From an uncultured delta proteobacterium (lineage in GTDB: Bacteria > Myxococcota_A > Polyangia > Polyangiales > Houyiibacteriaceae), in contig CAVOVB010000003.1 in assembly GCA_963699755.1 (NCBI GenBank), positions 608,001 through 672,000 on the forward strand: 64,000 nucleotides of DNA. The letters are read 5' to 3'. The notes under the pieces were generated by a model. It was not told the DNA's origin. It saw only the letters and a program-made list of their open reading frames with translations, and did not search any database. This document shows positions 1 through 8,924 of this stretch, in pieces. The position numbers were made by a program, and so were the translations under genes. Numbering within the stretch: position 1 is the first letter of the stretch; the number at the start of each line of letters is the position of its first letter.

Positions 1-276
1 GTGCCTCGAGCACGCATAGTCGATTGCGCCAGAGCGAGGTCCCGGCCCAAGCCCGCAACCCCATCTCTCTCCCGGACCCGGGTGCCCGGACACGTCTGTG
101 CTGGACAGCAAGGCCACTACATAGTCGGGTGGGGGTGGGTGGGCGGTGCAACCAAACTTCACCAGCCCCCAAGCCAAGCAACCCCCCCACATCACATCCG
201 CCGCAGCTTCCTCGAGCAGCGTCGCAGCTGTCGCGTCTTTTTTCGCGTCCCGGTACGTCCCCGTTCGGGATTGCGC

Positions 277-1176
277 TCAGTCGGTGGTCTTCATCTTCGG
301 TGGCAACACGAAGATCAGCCCGACGGTGAACATGCTGTTGAACTGCCTCAGGCGGTCGGCGCTGTCGATCTGTCCGTCGTCGTTGTTGTCGGTGCCGCTG
401 GTGTTGTACTTGAAGGGGATGCCTCGCCAGCGGAGGGCGATCCCTAGGAAGTCGCGGAAGAAAGCGTTAAACGAGACTCCGAAGGAGGGTGCGATGACCG
501 TACGGCTGGAGCGGGCCTGCTGGCTGTCGAGACAGCCGGGATCTTGCGGGGTGCTGGCCCCGAGCGGCACGCAGTACTGCGGCGTGGTTAGCGAGTCACG
601 CCGGATTTCGGTATCGGCTCGCTCCTCAACGCCCACGAACGCCGCACCCACGAAGAAGTCGAGGTCCGCGTCGAAGAAGACCTTCTGGAACATCGCGAGC
701 TTCCCGCGGAAGGGCATGAAGTGAGCCTCCACACCAGACCACCAGTTCAAGCGAGCGATCTGATCGGGGTAGCTCTCACGGCTTGGCAGGTCCAAGCGGT
801 TCGCATCTCGCGTGACGCCCTTCGCCTGAATCTCCTTGGTCAGGTTGGTGTCGAGCTTCCCGACCGAGTACCCGCCCCAGCCGCCGATGCCGAACCAGTC
901 CACGAAGTGGAAGCGAAGCTCGCCTCCAACGATCAGCGAGCGAGCGTATTCGTCACCGATCGTGAACGCGAAGAACGGCTCGACGTGCAAGCGGTTCTTG
1001 CGCCAGAGCCTGAGCTTCTTCACCGCATCGGCCCCGGCCAGCGGTCCGCTTACGTGTACGTCCTGAGCGCTCGCCGTGCCCGCGCCCTCGCGCAGGCCGT
1101 CGCCGAGGACGAGGCAGAGCGCCAGAGCCGCCCAGATGGCGATTCGCAAAAGCGTCTGATGTGCGAGCTTCATCAT
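277..1176 (-). CDS. Outer-membrane beta-barrel protein, GltA/GltB-like (myxobacterial gliding OM platform)
   Basis: Signal peptide ending ASA-QD; alternating amphipathic strands (GGELRFHFVDWFGIGGWGGY, FDADLDFFVGAAFVG, MFTVGLIFVLP); overlaps the upstream paralogous barrel gene by 4 bp; near gltK- and gltC-like genes. Cannot tell GltA from GltB. Confidence 0.7.
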   Translation of the reverse strand: MMKLAHQTLLRIAIWAALALCLVLGDGLREGAGTASAQDVHVSGPLAGADAVKKLRLWRKNRLHVEPFFAFTIGDEYARSLIVGGELRFHFVDWFGIGGWGGYSVGKLDTNLTKEIQAKGVTRDANRLDLPSRESYPDQIARLNWWSGVEAHFMPFRGKLAMFQKVFFDADLDFFVGAAFVGVEERADTEIRRDSLTTPQYCVPLGASTPQDPGCLDSQQARSSRTVIAPSFGVSFNAFFRDFLGIALRWRGIPFKYNTSGTDNNDDGQIDSADRLRQFNSMFTVGLIFVLPPKMKTTD

Positions 1177-2072
1177 TTCGGTAGCCGGTACTCGAACTTA
1201 ATCGGTAGGAAGAGGGTGAAGCCGATCTGGATCGACGTGTTTGCAACGAACGACGAACCCGATTGAAGCCAGGTGGACGAATCGCTGCGCCCGGCCCCCG
1301 GAGCCACTTGGGTATTTTCGAATTGATCGGGCCACATGTAGGCCCTGAACTCGGTGAAAAAAGTGAGGTATCGCGTGAGGAAGATGCGGAGACCTGCGCC
1401 GACGTTGAATGCGACGTTGGTTTGCCAATCGAAGCTACGGTTCGTATCGAACACGGGGATTGGTTGCGTCCGCATCAGCCCGACCCCGCCGATGAGATAC
1501 GCATCCCATTGGAAGATCTTCTTACGGACCTTGAATTTCCCGTAGAAGGGCACGTAGGTAAAATTCACCCAGAGCCCGAACTGCCAATCGTTGATCGGGA
1601 CACTCAGCCGAAACTGGTCCTGAATCCGGGGTACGAAGCTCGTGTTTCGCTCGAGCGGGTTAGAGCCCCAGTCGTACCAAATGAAGTTCGCGCCGACCGC
1701 CAGGACGTTGGTGAACCAGTAGTTGACCGCGAAGCCCAAGCCATAGTGCTTGAGGTACGGATCATTGAGCGTGAATGCGGCCGACGGCGCAAGCTCGAGG
1801 CGCTTCAAGCGAAGCGCGTAGATTTGTTGCACCGCGTAGATCTCCTCGGCCGTCTCCTCGCGCTGAGGCGCGGGCTCGGTCGGACCGGAGTCGGTCTCGT
1901 CCCCTGCCGCGAGCTCTTCGATGAGATCCCCTTGGCTCTTCGACTCCTTGGCCGGCTTGGCATTCTCCTCTTCGACCTCGTCGAGGGAGAACTCCATCTG
2001 GGCCTGGGCGGCCATCGGAAACGCCATCAGGAGCGCCGCGATGAGTAGCGCAATCCCCCCAAAATCTCGCAT
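1173..2072 (-). CDS. Outer-membrane beta-barrel protein, GltA/GltB-like
   Basis: ATG at 2072 gives a signal peptide ending AQA-QM, an acidic linker, then RLELAPSAAFTLNDPY, YVPFYGKF, WDAYLIGGVG, AFNVGAGLRIF and IQIGFTLFLP, typical of myxobacterial Glt/Nfs barrels. Confidence 0.72.
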   Translation of the reverse strand: MRDFGGIALLIAALLMAFPMAAQAQMEFSLDEVEEENAKPAKESKSQGDLIEELAAGDETDSGPTEPAPQREETAEEIYAVQQIYALRLKRLELAPSAAFTLNDPYLKHYGLGFAVNYWFTNVLAVGANFIWYDWGSNPLERNTSFVPRIQDQFRLSVPINDWQFGLWVNFTYVPFYGKFKVRKKIFQWDAYLIGGVGLMRTQPIPVFDTNRSFDWQTNVAFNVGAGLRIFLTRYLTFFTEFRAYMWPDQFENTQVAPGAGRSDSSTWLQSGSSFVANTSIQIGFTLFLPIKFEYRLPK

Positions 2073-2166
2073 CGGCCTCTGGCCTTCCCCCCTGAGCACC
2101 CCGGCCCCCACCGTGGCAACTCTCTGAAATCACGTAGTAACTGTCCGACTTCAACCGAACGACAAG

Positions 2167-2175
2167 ACTATATCA
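2167..2175 (-). promoter_or_regulatory. Candidate extended -10 promoter (TGaTATAGT) for the beta-barrel pair
   Basis: Minus strand reads TGATATAGT about 95 nt upstream of the ATG at 2072, in an AT-richer intergenic gap. Confidence 0.35.
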
Positions 2176-2239
2176 CGGTGAATATCGCACTACCAAATCC
2201 GCTCGCCATTTTCGACGGATTTGTGGTGGCCGCCTGCTC

Positions 2240-3499
2240 TTAGCCGAGGCTCTGGGCCTCATCGCCAGGCTCGAGGGCCTCCGGAGACTCGAAAAGCGCC
2301 TGCAAGAAGGCATCGGCGTCGAAGGGCTTCAGATCTTCGACCTTCTCGCCGATCCCGATGAACTCGATCGGCACCTGATGTTGGTCGACGATTCCGAGAA
2401 TCACGCCACCCTTGGCCGTCCCGTCGAGCTTGGTCAGCACGATGCCGCTCAGGGGTAAGGCTTCCTTGAAGAGCTGAGCTTGCTGAATCGCGTTTTGGCC
2501 GGTCGTCGCGTCGAGCACCAGTAAGACGTGATCCGCCGAACGGCCGAGGGCTTTCTCGACGGTGCGTCCGAGCTTCTTGAGCTCATCCATGAGCGGGACC
2601 TTCGTGTGAAGTCGTCCCGCAGTGTCAGCGATCACGAGATCGATGCCGCCGTCTGTCGCCTTCTGAATCGCGTCGAAGATCACCGAGCCGGGATCGGCGC
2701 GGTCCTTACCCTTGACGACGTCGCAGCCGACCCGTCGGCCCCAAACCTCGAGCTGCGTCACCGCGGCAGCGCGGAAGGTGTCCCCTGCGGCTAGGAGCAC
2801 GCTCTTGCCTTGACGGTCGAACCGACTCGCCAACTTTCCGATTGTGGTCGTCTTCCCGACTCCGTTGACGCCGACGACCAAAATCACCGTTGGCGTTGCG
2901 TCGATCGCGAGCCCTTGGCCGCTCGTCGCGAGGATGCTTCGAGCCTCTTCGCGAATCGCGGCCCAGGCATCGTCCGAGCTGGAGAGTTGACCGGCGTCCA
3001 TCTGCGCGCGAAGGGCTTGGAGCACGCGCTCTGTCGTGTGCACGCCGACGTCTGCAGTGATCAGGACTTCTTCCACCTCGTCGAGGATCGAAGTGTCGAG
3101 CTCGCGGCCGCGCCGAAACACGCCAGCGAGGCGCGAAATCAAATTGCCGCGGGTCGACTTGAGCCCGCTACGGAACGCTCCGAGATCGACGGGAGGCGGC
3201 GGAGGCGTAACCCGCTCCTCGGGGACTGGGGCGGGGGCCGCCGGGGGCTGTGGCGGGCCCGGCACGAGGTCCTCGATCCGAAGCGCCTCGGTCGGTTCGG
3301 GCTCCGCTTCCGGAGCCGCCTCGAGGCGGATCTTTGGGCGCTCTTCTTCGAGCGCTTCGGGCCGAGGCTCCTCCGGAAGCGCGTGCTTCCTTCGGCCCCG
3401 CATGAAACCGATGATGATGCCGATGAGGATCAACCCGGCCACCGCTGCAATTACCGCGAGCGTTGTCGGGTCGTTCAGATCTAGTTGTAGTGACTCCAT
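2240..3499 (-). CDS. ftsY: Signal recognition particle receptor FtsY
   Basis: GVNGVGKTTT, DTFRAAA, DTAGR and TKLDGTAKGG motifs; N-terminal TM helix plus Pro/Glu-rich linker; ATG at 3499. Confidence 0.96.
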   Translation of the reverse strand: MESLQLDLNDPTTLAVIAAVAGLILIGIIIGFMRGRRKHALPEEPRPEALEEERPKIRLEAAPEAEPEPTEALRIEDLVPGPPQPPAAPAPVPEERVTPPPPPVDLGAFRSGLKSTRGNLISRLAGVFRRGRELDTSILDEVEEVLITADVGVHTTERVLQALRAQMDAGQLSSSDDAWAAIREEARSILATSGQGLAIDATPTVILVVGVNGVGKTTTIGKLASRFDRQGKSVLLAAGDTFRAAAVTQLEVWGRRVGCDVVKGKDRADPGSVIFDAIQKATDGGIDLVIADTAGRLHTKVPLMDELKKLGRTVEKALGRSADHVLLVLDATTGQNAIQQAQLFKEALPLSGIVLTKLDGTAKGGVILGIVDQHQVPIEFIGIGEKVEDLKPFDADAFLQALFESPEALEPGDEAQSLG

Positions 3500-3648
3500 T
3501 CGACCTCTGTCAGCCCCCGATGGCCCTTGGGACCGCCGCAATATAGAGACGCCTGCACCGGGCAGTCAACGTGGCCGCCTCGTCGAATCGCTTGCGGTCG
3601 CGCTTCGCGAGCTGTGATACTGAAAATGCAGGGGAAGGGCGAAGGCTG

Positions 3649-4473
3649 TTGAAGGGGCACATTGGCCGATGGCATCGGTGGCGAGCGCTCGCGCTGGCCG
3701 CTTTCCTCATCGCGAGCACGGCGCAAGCCGATGGCCGCGACGAATACCTCGTACACTTGCTTCGCGACTCGCCAGCCTTTCGTGTTCGGGCGCAGGCCGC
3801 CTTATCGCTTGGTCAGTTGGAGCGGACCCGCCGCTCTGTCGTGGCGCTCGAGCGGGCGGTTCAGGACAAGCATCCAGCAGTGCGCGTATCGGCGATCTCC
3901 TCTCTGCGCCGACTGCAGGCCAAGGAGTCGCTGCCGGTGGTCGAGAAGGCGATGAGGGACGGGAACAAGTCCGTGCGACGTGCCGCCGTCGAAGCCGCGG
4001 CCGCGCTCAGCGCGGTGGGCGAGCGAGAACGGGGGCCAGGCCGCACCGAGTACTTGGTGGCGGTCGGGATGCCAGGCGCCAAAGCAGAGCGGGTCTCCCG
4101 ACAGATGCTCTTCGACGCACGGATCTTCCTGTCCGAACAGCTACTCACGCTCAACGGGGTCGAGCTCGCCCCCGATGACCTGACCCCGGCCGATGCAAAA
4201 CGCGAAATCGCCCAGCGACGGCTACACGGGTATCACTTGGAGAGCTCGATCGTCACCCTCGAGCCCAAGGGGGCCGGCGTGCGCGCGGTGGTTTCCATCA
4301 TCGTGCTGACGTACCCAGGGCGCGACATGCGCGGGATGTTACGCGGCGCAGCTACGGCGACCGGCCGGTACAGCGACGAAACAGTCGAGCAGGCAGTTCA
4401 TGGCGCCTTCGTGAGCGCGCTGCGGCGCCTGCCCACTCTGCTCGAGGCAGCGAAATCGCAGGGAAGCCTTTGA
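3649..4473 (+). CDS. Exported HEAT-repeat protein
   Basis: Signal peptide ending AQA-DG; HEAT-like repeats (DSPAFRVRAQAALSLG, DKHPAVRVSAISSL, DGNKSVRRAAVEA). TTG start uncertain. Confidence 0.7.
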   Translation: MKGHIGRWHRWRALALAAFLIASTAQADGRDEYLVHLLRDSPAFRVRAQAALSLGQLERTRRSVVALERAVQDKHPAVRVSAISSLRRLQAKESLPVVEKAMRDGNKSVRRAAVEAAAALSAVGERERGPGRTEYLVAVGMPGAKAERVSRQMLFDARIFLSEQLLTLNGVELAPDDLTPADAKREIAQRRLHGYHLESSIVTLEPKGAGVRAVVSIIVLTYPGRDMRGMLRGAATATGRYSDETVEQAVHGAFVSALRRLPTLLEAAKSQGSL

Positions 4474-4511
4474 CTGATGGAGAACGATGGGCGTAGGAAG
4501 TGAGAAACGCG

Positions 4512-5099
4512 ATGGCTGACAAGAAACAACGCAAGCTGCGAAACTACCTGCTCGATCGGCGTTTTCAGCTGAAGTATACGGGTATGGTCCTGCTGGTCAC
4601 GGTGTCGGTCGCCAGCGCGCTCGGGTTCGTGGCGTACCGCTTATCGCAGCGCCAGACCGAGGCCCTGACAGCGCAAATCGCCGCGCAGCCCGATCTCGAT
4701 CCACAGACCGCGAACGACCTCGAGCAGTTCGCCAAGCAGGAAGACCGAAAGATTCGCAACGCCATCGTCTTGGGCGTGCTCGTTCTGACCGTCGTTCTCG
4801 GGCTCACCGGCATCGTCGTGACCCATCGAGTGGTGGGGCCCACCTACCGGATGAGGCGACTCTTCGCGCACGTCGGCAAGGGCCGCTTGGAGATCAACAC
4901 CGGCATCCGAAAAGGCGACGAGCTTCAAGAGCTCTTTCGCTCCTTCGCCGAGATGGTGGAGTCGCTGCGCGACCAGCGGTCTGAAGAGATCGAGCAGCTC
5001 GAGCAGACCTTGATCAAGATGGAAGCGGCTGGCGTCCAATCGGCCTACATCACGGAGCTCCGCGCGGTCATCGAACGCATTCGTAAGACAGTCGATTAG
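4512..5099 (+). CDS. Two-TM membrane protein with a HAMP domain and no output domain
   Basis: RNYLLDRRFQLKY N-terminus, two hydrophobic helices, HAMP (THRVVGP...RKGDELQELFRSFAEMVESL), short coiled-coil tail. Confidence 0.78.
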   Translation: MADKKQRKLRNYLLDRRFQLKYTGMVLLVTVSVASALGFVAYRLSQRQTEALTAQIAAQPDLDPQTANDLEQFAKQEDRKIRNAIVLGVLVLTVVLGLTGIVVTHRVVGPTYRMRRLFAHVGKGRLEINTGIRKGDELQELFRSFAEMVESLRDQRSEEIEQLEQTLIKMEAAGVQSAYITELRAVIERIRKTVD

Positions 5100-5104
5100 C
5101 GATC

Positions 5105-5124
5105 GGGGCGCTTTTTCGCGCCCC
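5105..5124 (+). terminator. Hairpin after the HAMP gene (possible terminator)
   Basis: GGGGCGC-TTTTTC-GCGCCCC inverted repeat just after the stop codon; no classical U-tract. Confidence 0.3.
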
Positions 5125-5335
5125 TCCGTACGGTGACATTTCGAACCGCGTTCCTCCGCACGGAGATAGGACCAAGCACCTCCCCCAACATCCGCGGCAG
5201 CACGAGCCGTTCGACGCCGCCCCGTGTCGCGCTTTTTCAGCGCCCCGGTCTGCCCGCCGCGAGCTATCTCACGCTGCACGACTGGGCCTTTGGGATCTCT
5301 TCGGAGTCCGCTAGAGTCGCGGGGCGGAGGTGGTC

Positions 5336-5872
5336 ATGCGGGCTCTGAAAGTGGCGGTGTTGGTTGTGCTTGGTCTCGTCGTTCTGGTGCTGGGCATTGG
5401 CGCTCTTCTTCCAAAGGATTTCCGCGTGGAGCGATCGATCGAGATCGGTGCTCCCCCGGAGGTCGTTTTCGATCACGTGAGCTCCCTCCGAAAATGGGAG
5501 GCCTGGTCGCCCTGGATTGCGCGGGACCCTTCGATCAAGAACGAGTTCACGGGGCCCGAGGCCGGAGTGGGTTCCACGGTGACCTGGACGAGCGAGAAGT
5601 CGGGCGACGGCACGCAGACCATCACCCTGAGCGAGCGTCCGACGCGAATCGAAATGAAGCTCGACTTCGGCGAGATGGGACAGCCGACTGCGGATTGGAC
5701 GTTTGTGCCGAAGGGCGACGGGGTTCGTGTGACCTGGGGCCTGAGCGGAACGGCAGCCGGCCCGCTTGGCGGGTACTTCGCCAAGATGATGGATGGCTGG
5801 GTCGGGGCAGACTACGAGGACGGCCTTGCTCGCTTGAAGAAAGTCGCCGAGTCACTTCCAGTCGGCGAGTAG
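5336..5872 (+). CDS. SRPBCC/polyketide cyclase (START-like) family protein
   Basis: N-terminal anchor, then FRVERSIEIGAPPEVVFDHV, WEAWSPW and YEDGLARLK; GGAGG RBS. Confidence 0.85.
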   Translation: MRALKVAVLVVLGLVVLVLGIGALLPKDFRVERSIEIGAPPEVVFDHVSSLRKWEAWSPWIARDPSIKNEFTGPEAGVGSTVTWTSEKSGDGTQTITLSERPTRIEMKLDFGEMGQPTADWTFVPKGDGVRVTWGLSGTAAGPLGGYFAKMMDGWVGADYEDGLARLKKVAESLPVGE

Positions 5873-5881
5873 CCACGCACG

Positions 5882-6039
5882 ATGCTTGTCTCGCATTCAT
5901 CGCAGCGGCGCTGCTCTTGCTTGCGGCTTGCCAGAGCATGCCGAACCCGAACGACCCGGAACGACAGAAGGGCATCGACGATTGCTGGAAGCAATGCGGG
6001 AGCGGAACCCCGAAACCCGACCTATCCGCCCGCGCCTAG
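5882..6039 (+). pseudogene. Probable frameshifted small lipoprotein
   Basis: The frame encoding LAFIAAALLLLAAC (lipobox) followed by QSMPNPND... has no nearby start codon; the ATG at 5882 is in another frame and would join it with one extra base. Confidence 0.35.
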
Positions 6040-6095
6040 CGAGCAGACCGACATTCGGACGCCGTGCGAGCGGAGGTGCCACGGGATCCCGTAGT

Positions 6096-6131
6096 AGCGC
6101 CAGTGTCAGCGCGAGTGCGAGTGCCAGTGAC
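6096..6131 (+). repeat. Degenerate hexamer tandem repeat (AGYGNS x6)
   Basis: agcgcc agtgtc agcgcg agtgcg agtgcc agtgac. Confidence 0.6.
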
Positions 6132-6141
6132 CGCGAACGGG

Positions 6142-6501
6142 CTAGACGTGTCGGAAAGGGAACGAGACGTTTTCATAGTACTCGATCCGTGCTTTCCCCT
6201 CGCTCGCGTCGAACACCACTGCTGCGGCGTCGATGCGAGCGTGGACGCGGCCTAGCGTTTGCTGGCGCAACCAGATTGCAGTCGCGCGCCTCACCCTGGC
6301 GAGCTTCTTTGCGCTGATCGTCTCCGCGGGAAACACCGGCCGTGCGCTCGAACGCGATCGCACCTCGCACACGACCAGGAGCGCGCCGCGCCTGGCGATG
6401 ACGTCCAGCTCCAATCGGCCGACGCGGACGTTGCGTCCGCAGATTTCGAAACCGCGTTCTTCGAGCAAGGACGCGATCAGCTCTTCGCCGTGGCGCGCCA
6501 G
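6142..6501 (-). CDS. yraN: YraN family (UPF0102) putative endonuclease
   Basis: GEELIASLL..GFEI.GRNVR...ELDVIA.RG.LLVVCEVRSR and RIDAAAV PD-(D/E)xK-like signature. Start uncertain (CTG near 6501, just downstream of the upstream gene's stop). Confidence 0.8.
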   Translation of the reverse strand: MARHGEELIASLLEERGFEICGRNVRVGRLELDVIARRGALLVVCEVRSRSSARPVFPAETISAKKLARVRRATAIWLRQQTLGRVHARIDAAAVVFDASEGKARIEYYENVSFPFRHV

Positions 6502-6511
6502 CTCCGGTCTA

Positions 6512-6967
6512 CTAACCCTCGGTGAGCGGATCGCGGATGCAGTAGCTTCCGACGACGCCCGGGCCGCCCGTCTCGAGAACCTCTTCGCAGATGAAGCCAC
6601 CTGGGCATTCGCAAGTTGGCAACCCGCTTTGTGCGGGCGCGCCGCAGCGGCACGAGCAGTAGACCTGGCGCTCGACCTCACTTTCGCTGACGCAGGTCGT
6701 GGGTTCGCCTTCGACATCCCTTGGGCAGGGGGGGTCGTCTTCTTGGAGGTTGTTCGGGTCACCCATCAGTCCTCGGACGAGACAGACCCGCGTTGCGCAC
6801 TGCACTGAGCTCGTCTCGAGATAGGTCTCCGAGGCCAAGAATCCGCCAACGGGCACCTGCTCCGGCGAGCATGGCTCACCCACCGCGCTGTTCGAACAGC
6901 CGGTCCCAACCGCCATGAGCAGCGAGAACGCCACAAACCCCATCAATTCAAGCCATCTTCCACACAT
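6512..6967 (-). CDS. Cys-rich lipoprotein, GltK/CglC (AgmO)-like
   Basis: Lipobox GTGC; Cys pattern GEPC...SSVQCATRVCLV...VYCSCRC...CEC...IC...SYC resembles CglC; divergent from the gltC-like gene. Confidence 0.62.
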   Translation of the reverse strand: MCGRWLELMGFVAFSLLMAVGTGCSNSAVGEPCSPEQVPVGGFLASETYLETSSVQCATRVCLVRGLMGDPNNLQEDDPPCPRDVEGEPTTCVSESEVERQVYCSCRCGAPAQSGLPTCECPGGFICEEVLETGGPGVVGSYCIRDPLTEG

Positions 6968-7164
6968 CACGCCCCCCTAAGAAGCCCCCGGCCATCTACA
7001 GCATAACGGCAATAAGAGATCGTACCCAAACTTCCCCGGCCGTCCGGGGTCAAAAACTTGAGACGCAGCCAGGACCGACGCCTCTGCCTGAATTTGTCAG
7101 CTCCATGAGCAGGTTTCCACTATCAATTGCAGTCAGCCCACCAAAAGCCCAATGGCGCTATACC

Positions 7165-7194
7165 TTGACGACCCCTTCAGCTGGTTTCTATGAT
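7165..7194 (+). promoter_or_regulatory. Candidate sigma70 promoter of the gltCDEFG operon
   Basis: TTGACG-N18-TATGAT about 95 nt upstream of ATG 7290. Confidence 0.5.
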
Positions 7195-7289
7195 GGATCG
7201 GGAGCGTGCCGGAAGGGGTCGGTTTCGTTCGAATTTTGGGGGACAGGGGGAAACTTGGAAAACCAAGGTTCCGCACGAAGGAGCGCTTT

Positions 7290-8924
7290 ATGAAGGGGAT
7301 CCGCTTGTTGGCGGTGCCTGTGTTGATCTGCGGTCTTGGGTTGCCCAAGTCCGTGGGGGCCCAGGACATGAGCTTCGGGCTCGAAGAAACCGGGCAGAGC
7401 CGTGCGCCGGTCAAGCGAGGCAAGCCGTCCGAGCTGCTCGCCGAGGCGCAGAGCGCATTCGATGGCAGAAAGTACGAACCCGCTGCGATCGGTTTCGAGA
7501 AGGTAGCGGCCGGCAAGTCCAAGGACGACCGAGGCAACCGTCAGCACGCGCAGTTCCTCTTGGGTCAGTCGCTCTTCCAACTGGGCTTCTACCAGTCCTC
7601 GCTCACCGTGTTCGACGAGATCAGCGCCCAGGGGCCGGCCCACCTATACTTCGGCGAGACGCTCGAGTGGCTCGGCCTCTTGGCGTCGAAGCTTCCAGAG
7701 TCGTCGGGGATCATCGAGAAAGTCGGCCGCTACGGCATCGGCGCACTCGACCAGTTCAAAGAGACAGACCGCGCGCTCTACAACCAGCTTCTCTACTTGA
7801 TGGGCCGTCACCTGTACGAACAGGCTTCGTTCCGGCAGGCCATCGACGTCTTTCAAGAAGTCGACCCCAAGTCGGCGCAGTACAGCTACGCAAAGTTCTT
7901 CGAAGGCATTTCGTTCATCCGGATGCGCAAGTCGCGCCCCGCCATTGCGTCGTTCCGCGCGATTCTCGATGCGATCGATGCCGGCGATGTCAAGGGCGTC
8001 GACGAAGACCGGATGCGAAACCTCGCCTGGATTTCTCTGGCTCGTGTCTACTACACGGCTGCGAACCAGGGGAAGGGCGGCCAGATCGACGGCACCCTGC
8101 TCGGTCAGTCGGTCGAGTCCTGGACTAAGATCGACCAGTCGAGCGAGTACTGGCTCGATTCGCTCTTCGAGTCATCCTGGGCGTTTTTCTTGGCGGACGA
8201 GTACTCCCGCGCGCTCGGCAACGTGCACACCCTCTACTCGCCATACTTCGAAAATGCGTTCTACCCCGAGGCGCTCGTCTTGAAGGCGGTTACCTTCTTC
8301 GTGAACTGCCAGGTCGACAACGCCGAAGCCACGGTGGCGAAGTTCCATGACCAGTACGATCCGGTCAAGAAGGAGCTCGACTCGGTGCTTGCGAAGCACC
8401 AGGACAACGCCAGCTTCTTCGAGTTTCTGAAGAAGGTGCAGAACGGCGAAGCAGACCTTTCGCTTCGTGTCCGTCCGATCGTGTCGACGGCATTGAGCGA
8501 CCGCACCGTCCTTCAGCACCTCGAGTACGTGTCCTTGCTCGACAAGGAAGAAGCGCGGCTCGCCAAGTCGGATGAGAAGTTCGCAGGCTCGCCCGTCGGT
8601 GAAAAGATCCTCGAGGACGTTTCCCTGGCAAAGGCATTCGGGGTGGATCAAGCAGGTGACCTCGCGCGTGGCCGATACAAGCGGCTGATTCGCGAGCTTC
8701 AAGATCTCAGCAACCAGGTCGACACCGTGGAGCTCGAAATCGCGACCTTTCGTCGCGGTCAAATCGACCAGGAGCTCCAACAGCAAATGTCGCTCGCCAA
8801 GCAGTCGAGAGGTGGCGACGTAAACGTGGACGAAGAACATCAGCTCTGGCCGTTCAACGGCGAGTGGTGGCGGGATGAGCTCGGGTTCTATCGACAGCAG
8901 GTGACCAACCTATGTACACGCTAG
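7290..8924 (+). CDS. gltC: Gliding motility periplasmic TPR-like protein GltC
   Basis: Signal peptide; helical repeats (WLDSLFESSWAFF, YSRALGNVHTLYSPYF, FYPEALVLKAVTFFVNC); diagnostic C-terminus LWPFNGEWWRDELGFY...C; AAGGAG RBS. Confidence 0.8.
   Translation: MKGIRLLAVPVLICGLGLPKSVGAQDMSFGLEETGQSRAPVKRGKPSELLAEAQSAFDGRKYEPAAIGFEKVAAGKSKDDRGNRQHAQFLLGQSLFQLGFYQSSLTVFDEISAQGPAHLYFGETLEWLGLLASKLPESSGIIEKVGRYGIGALDQFKETDRALYNQLLYLMGRHLYEQASFRQAIDVFQEVDPKSAQYSYAKFFEGISFIRMRKSRPAIASFRAILDAIDAGDVKGVDEDRMRNLAWISLARVYYTAANQGKGGQIDGTLLGQSVESWTKIDQSSEYWLDSLFESSWAFFLADEYSRALGNVHTLYSPYFENAFYPEALVLKAVTFFVNCQVDNAEATVAKFHDQYDPVKKELDSVLAKHQDNASFFEFLKKVQNGEADLSLRVRPIVSTALSDRTVLQHLEYVSLLDKEEARLAKSDEKFAGSPVGEKILEDVSLAKAFGVDQAGDLARGRYKRLIRELQDLSNQVDTVELEIATFRRGQIDQELQQQMSLAKQSRGGDVNVDEEHQLWPFNGEWWRDELGFYRQQVTNLCTR

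Noticed and set aside
1..276. Plus-strand ORFs starting at 1, 24 and 146, or an IS end
   Set aside because: No motifs, they overlap the barrel gene antisense, and no transposase or terminal repeat pair is visible.
2194..2223. CAAATCCG/CGGATTTG inverted repeat downstream of ftsY as an intrinsic terminator
   Set aside because: Long loop and no U-tract; function unsupported.
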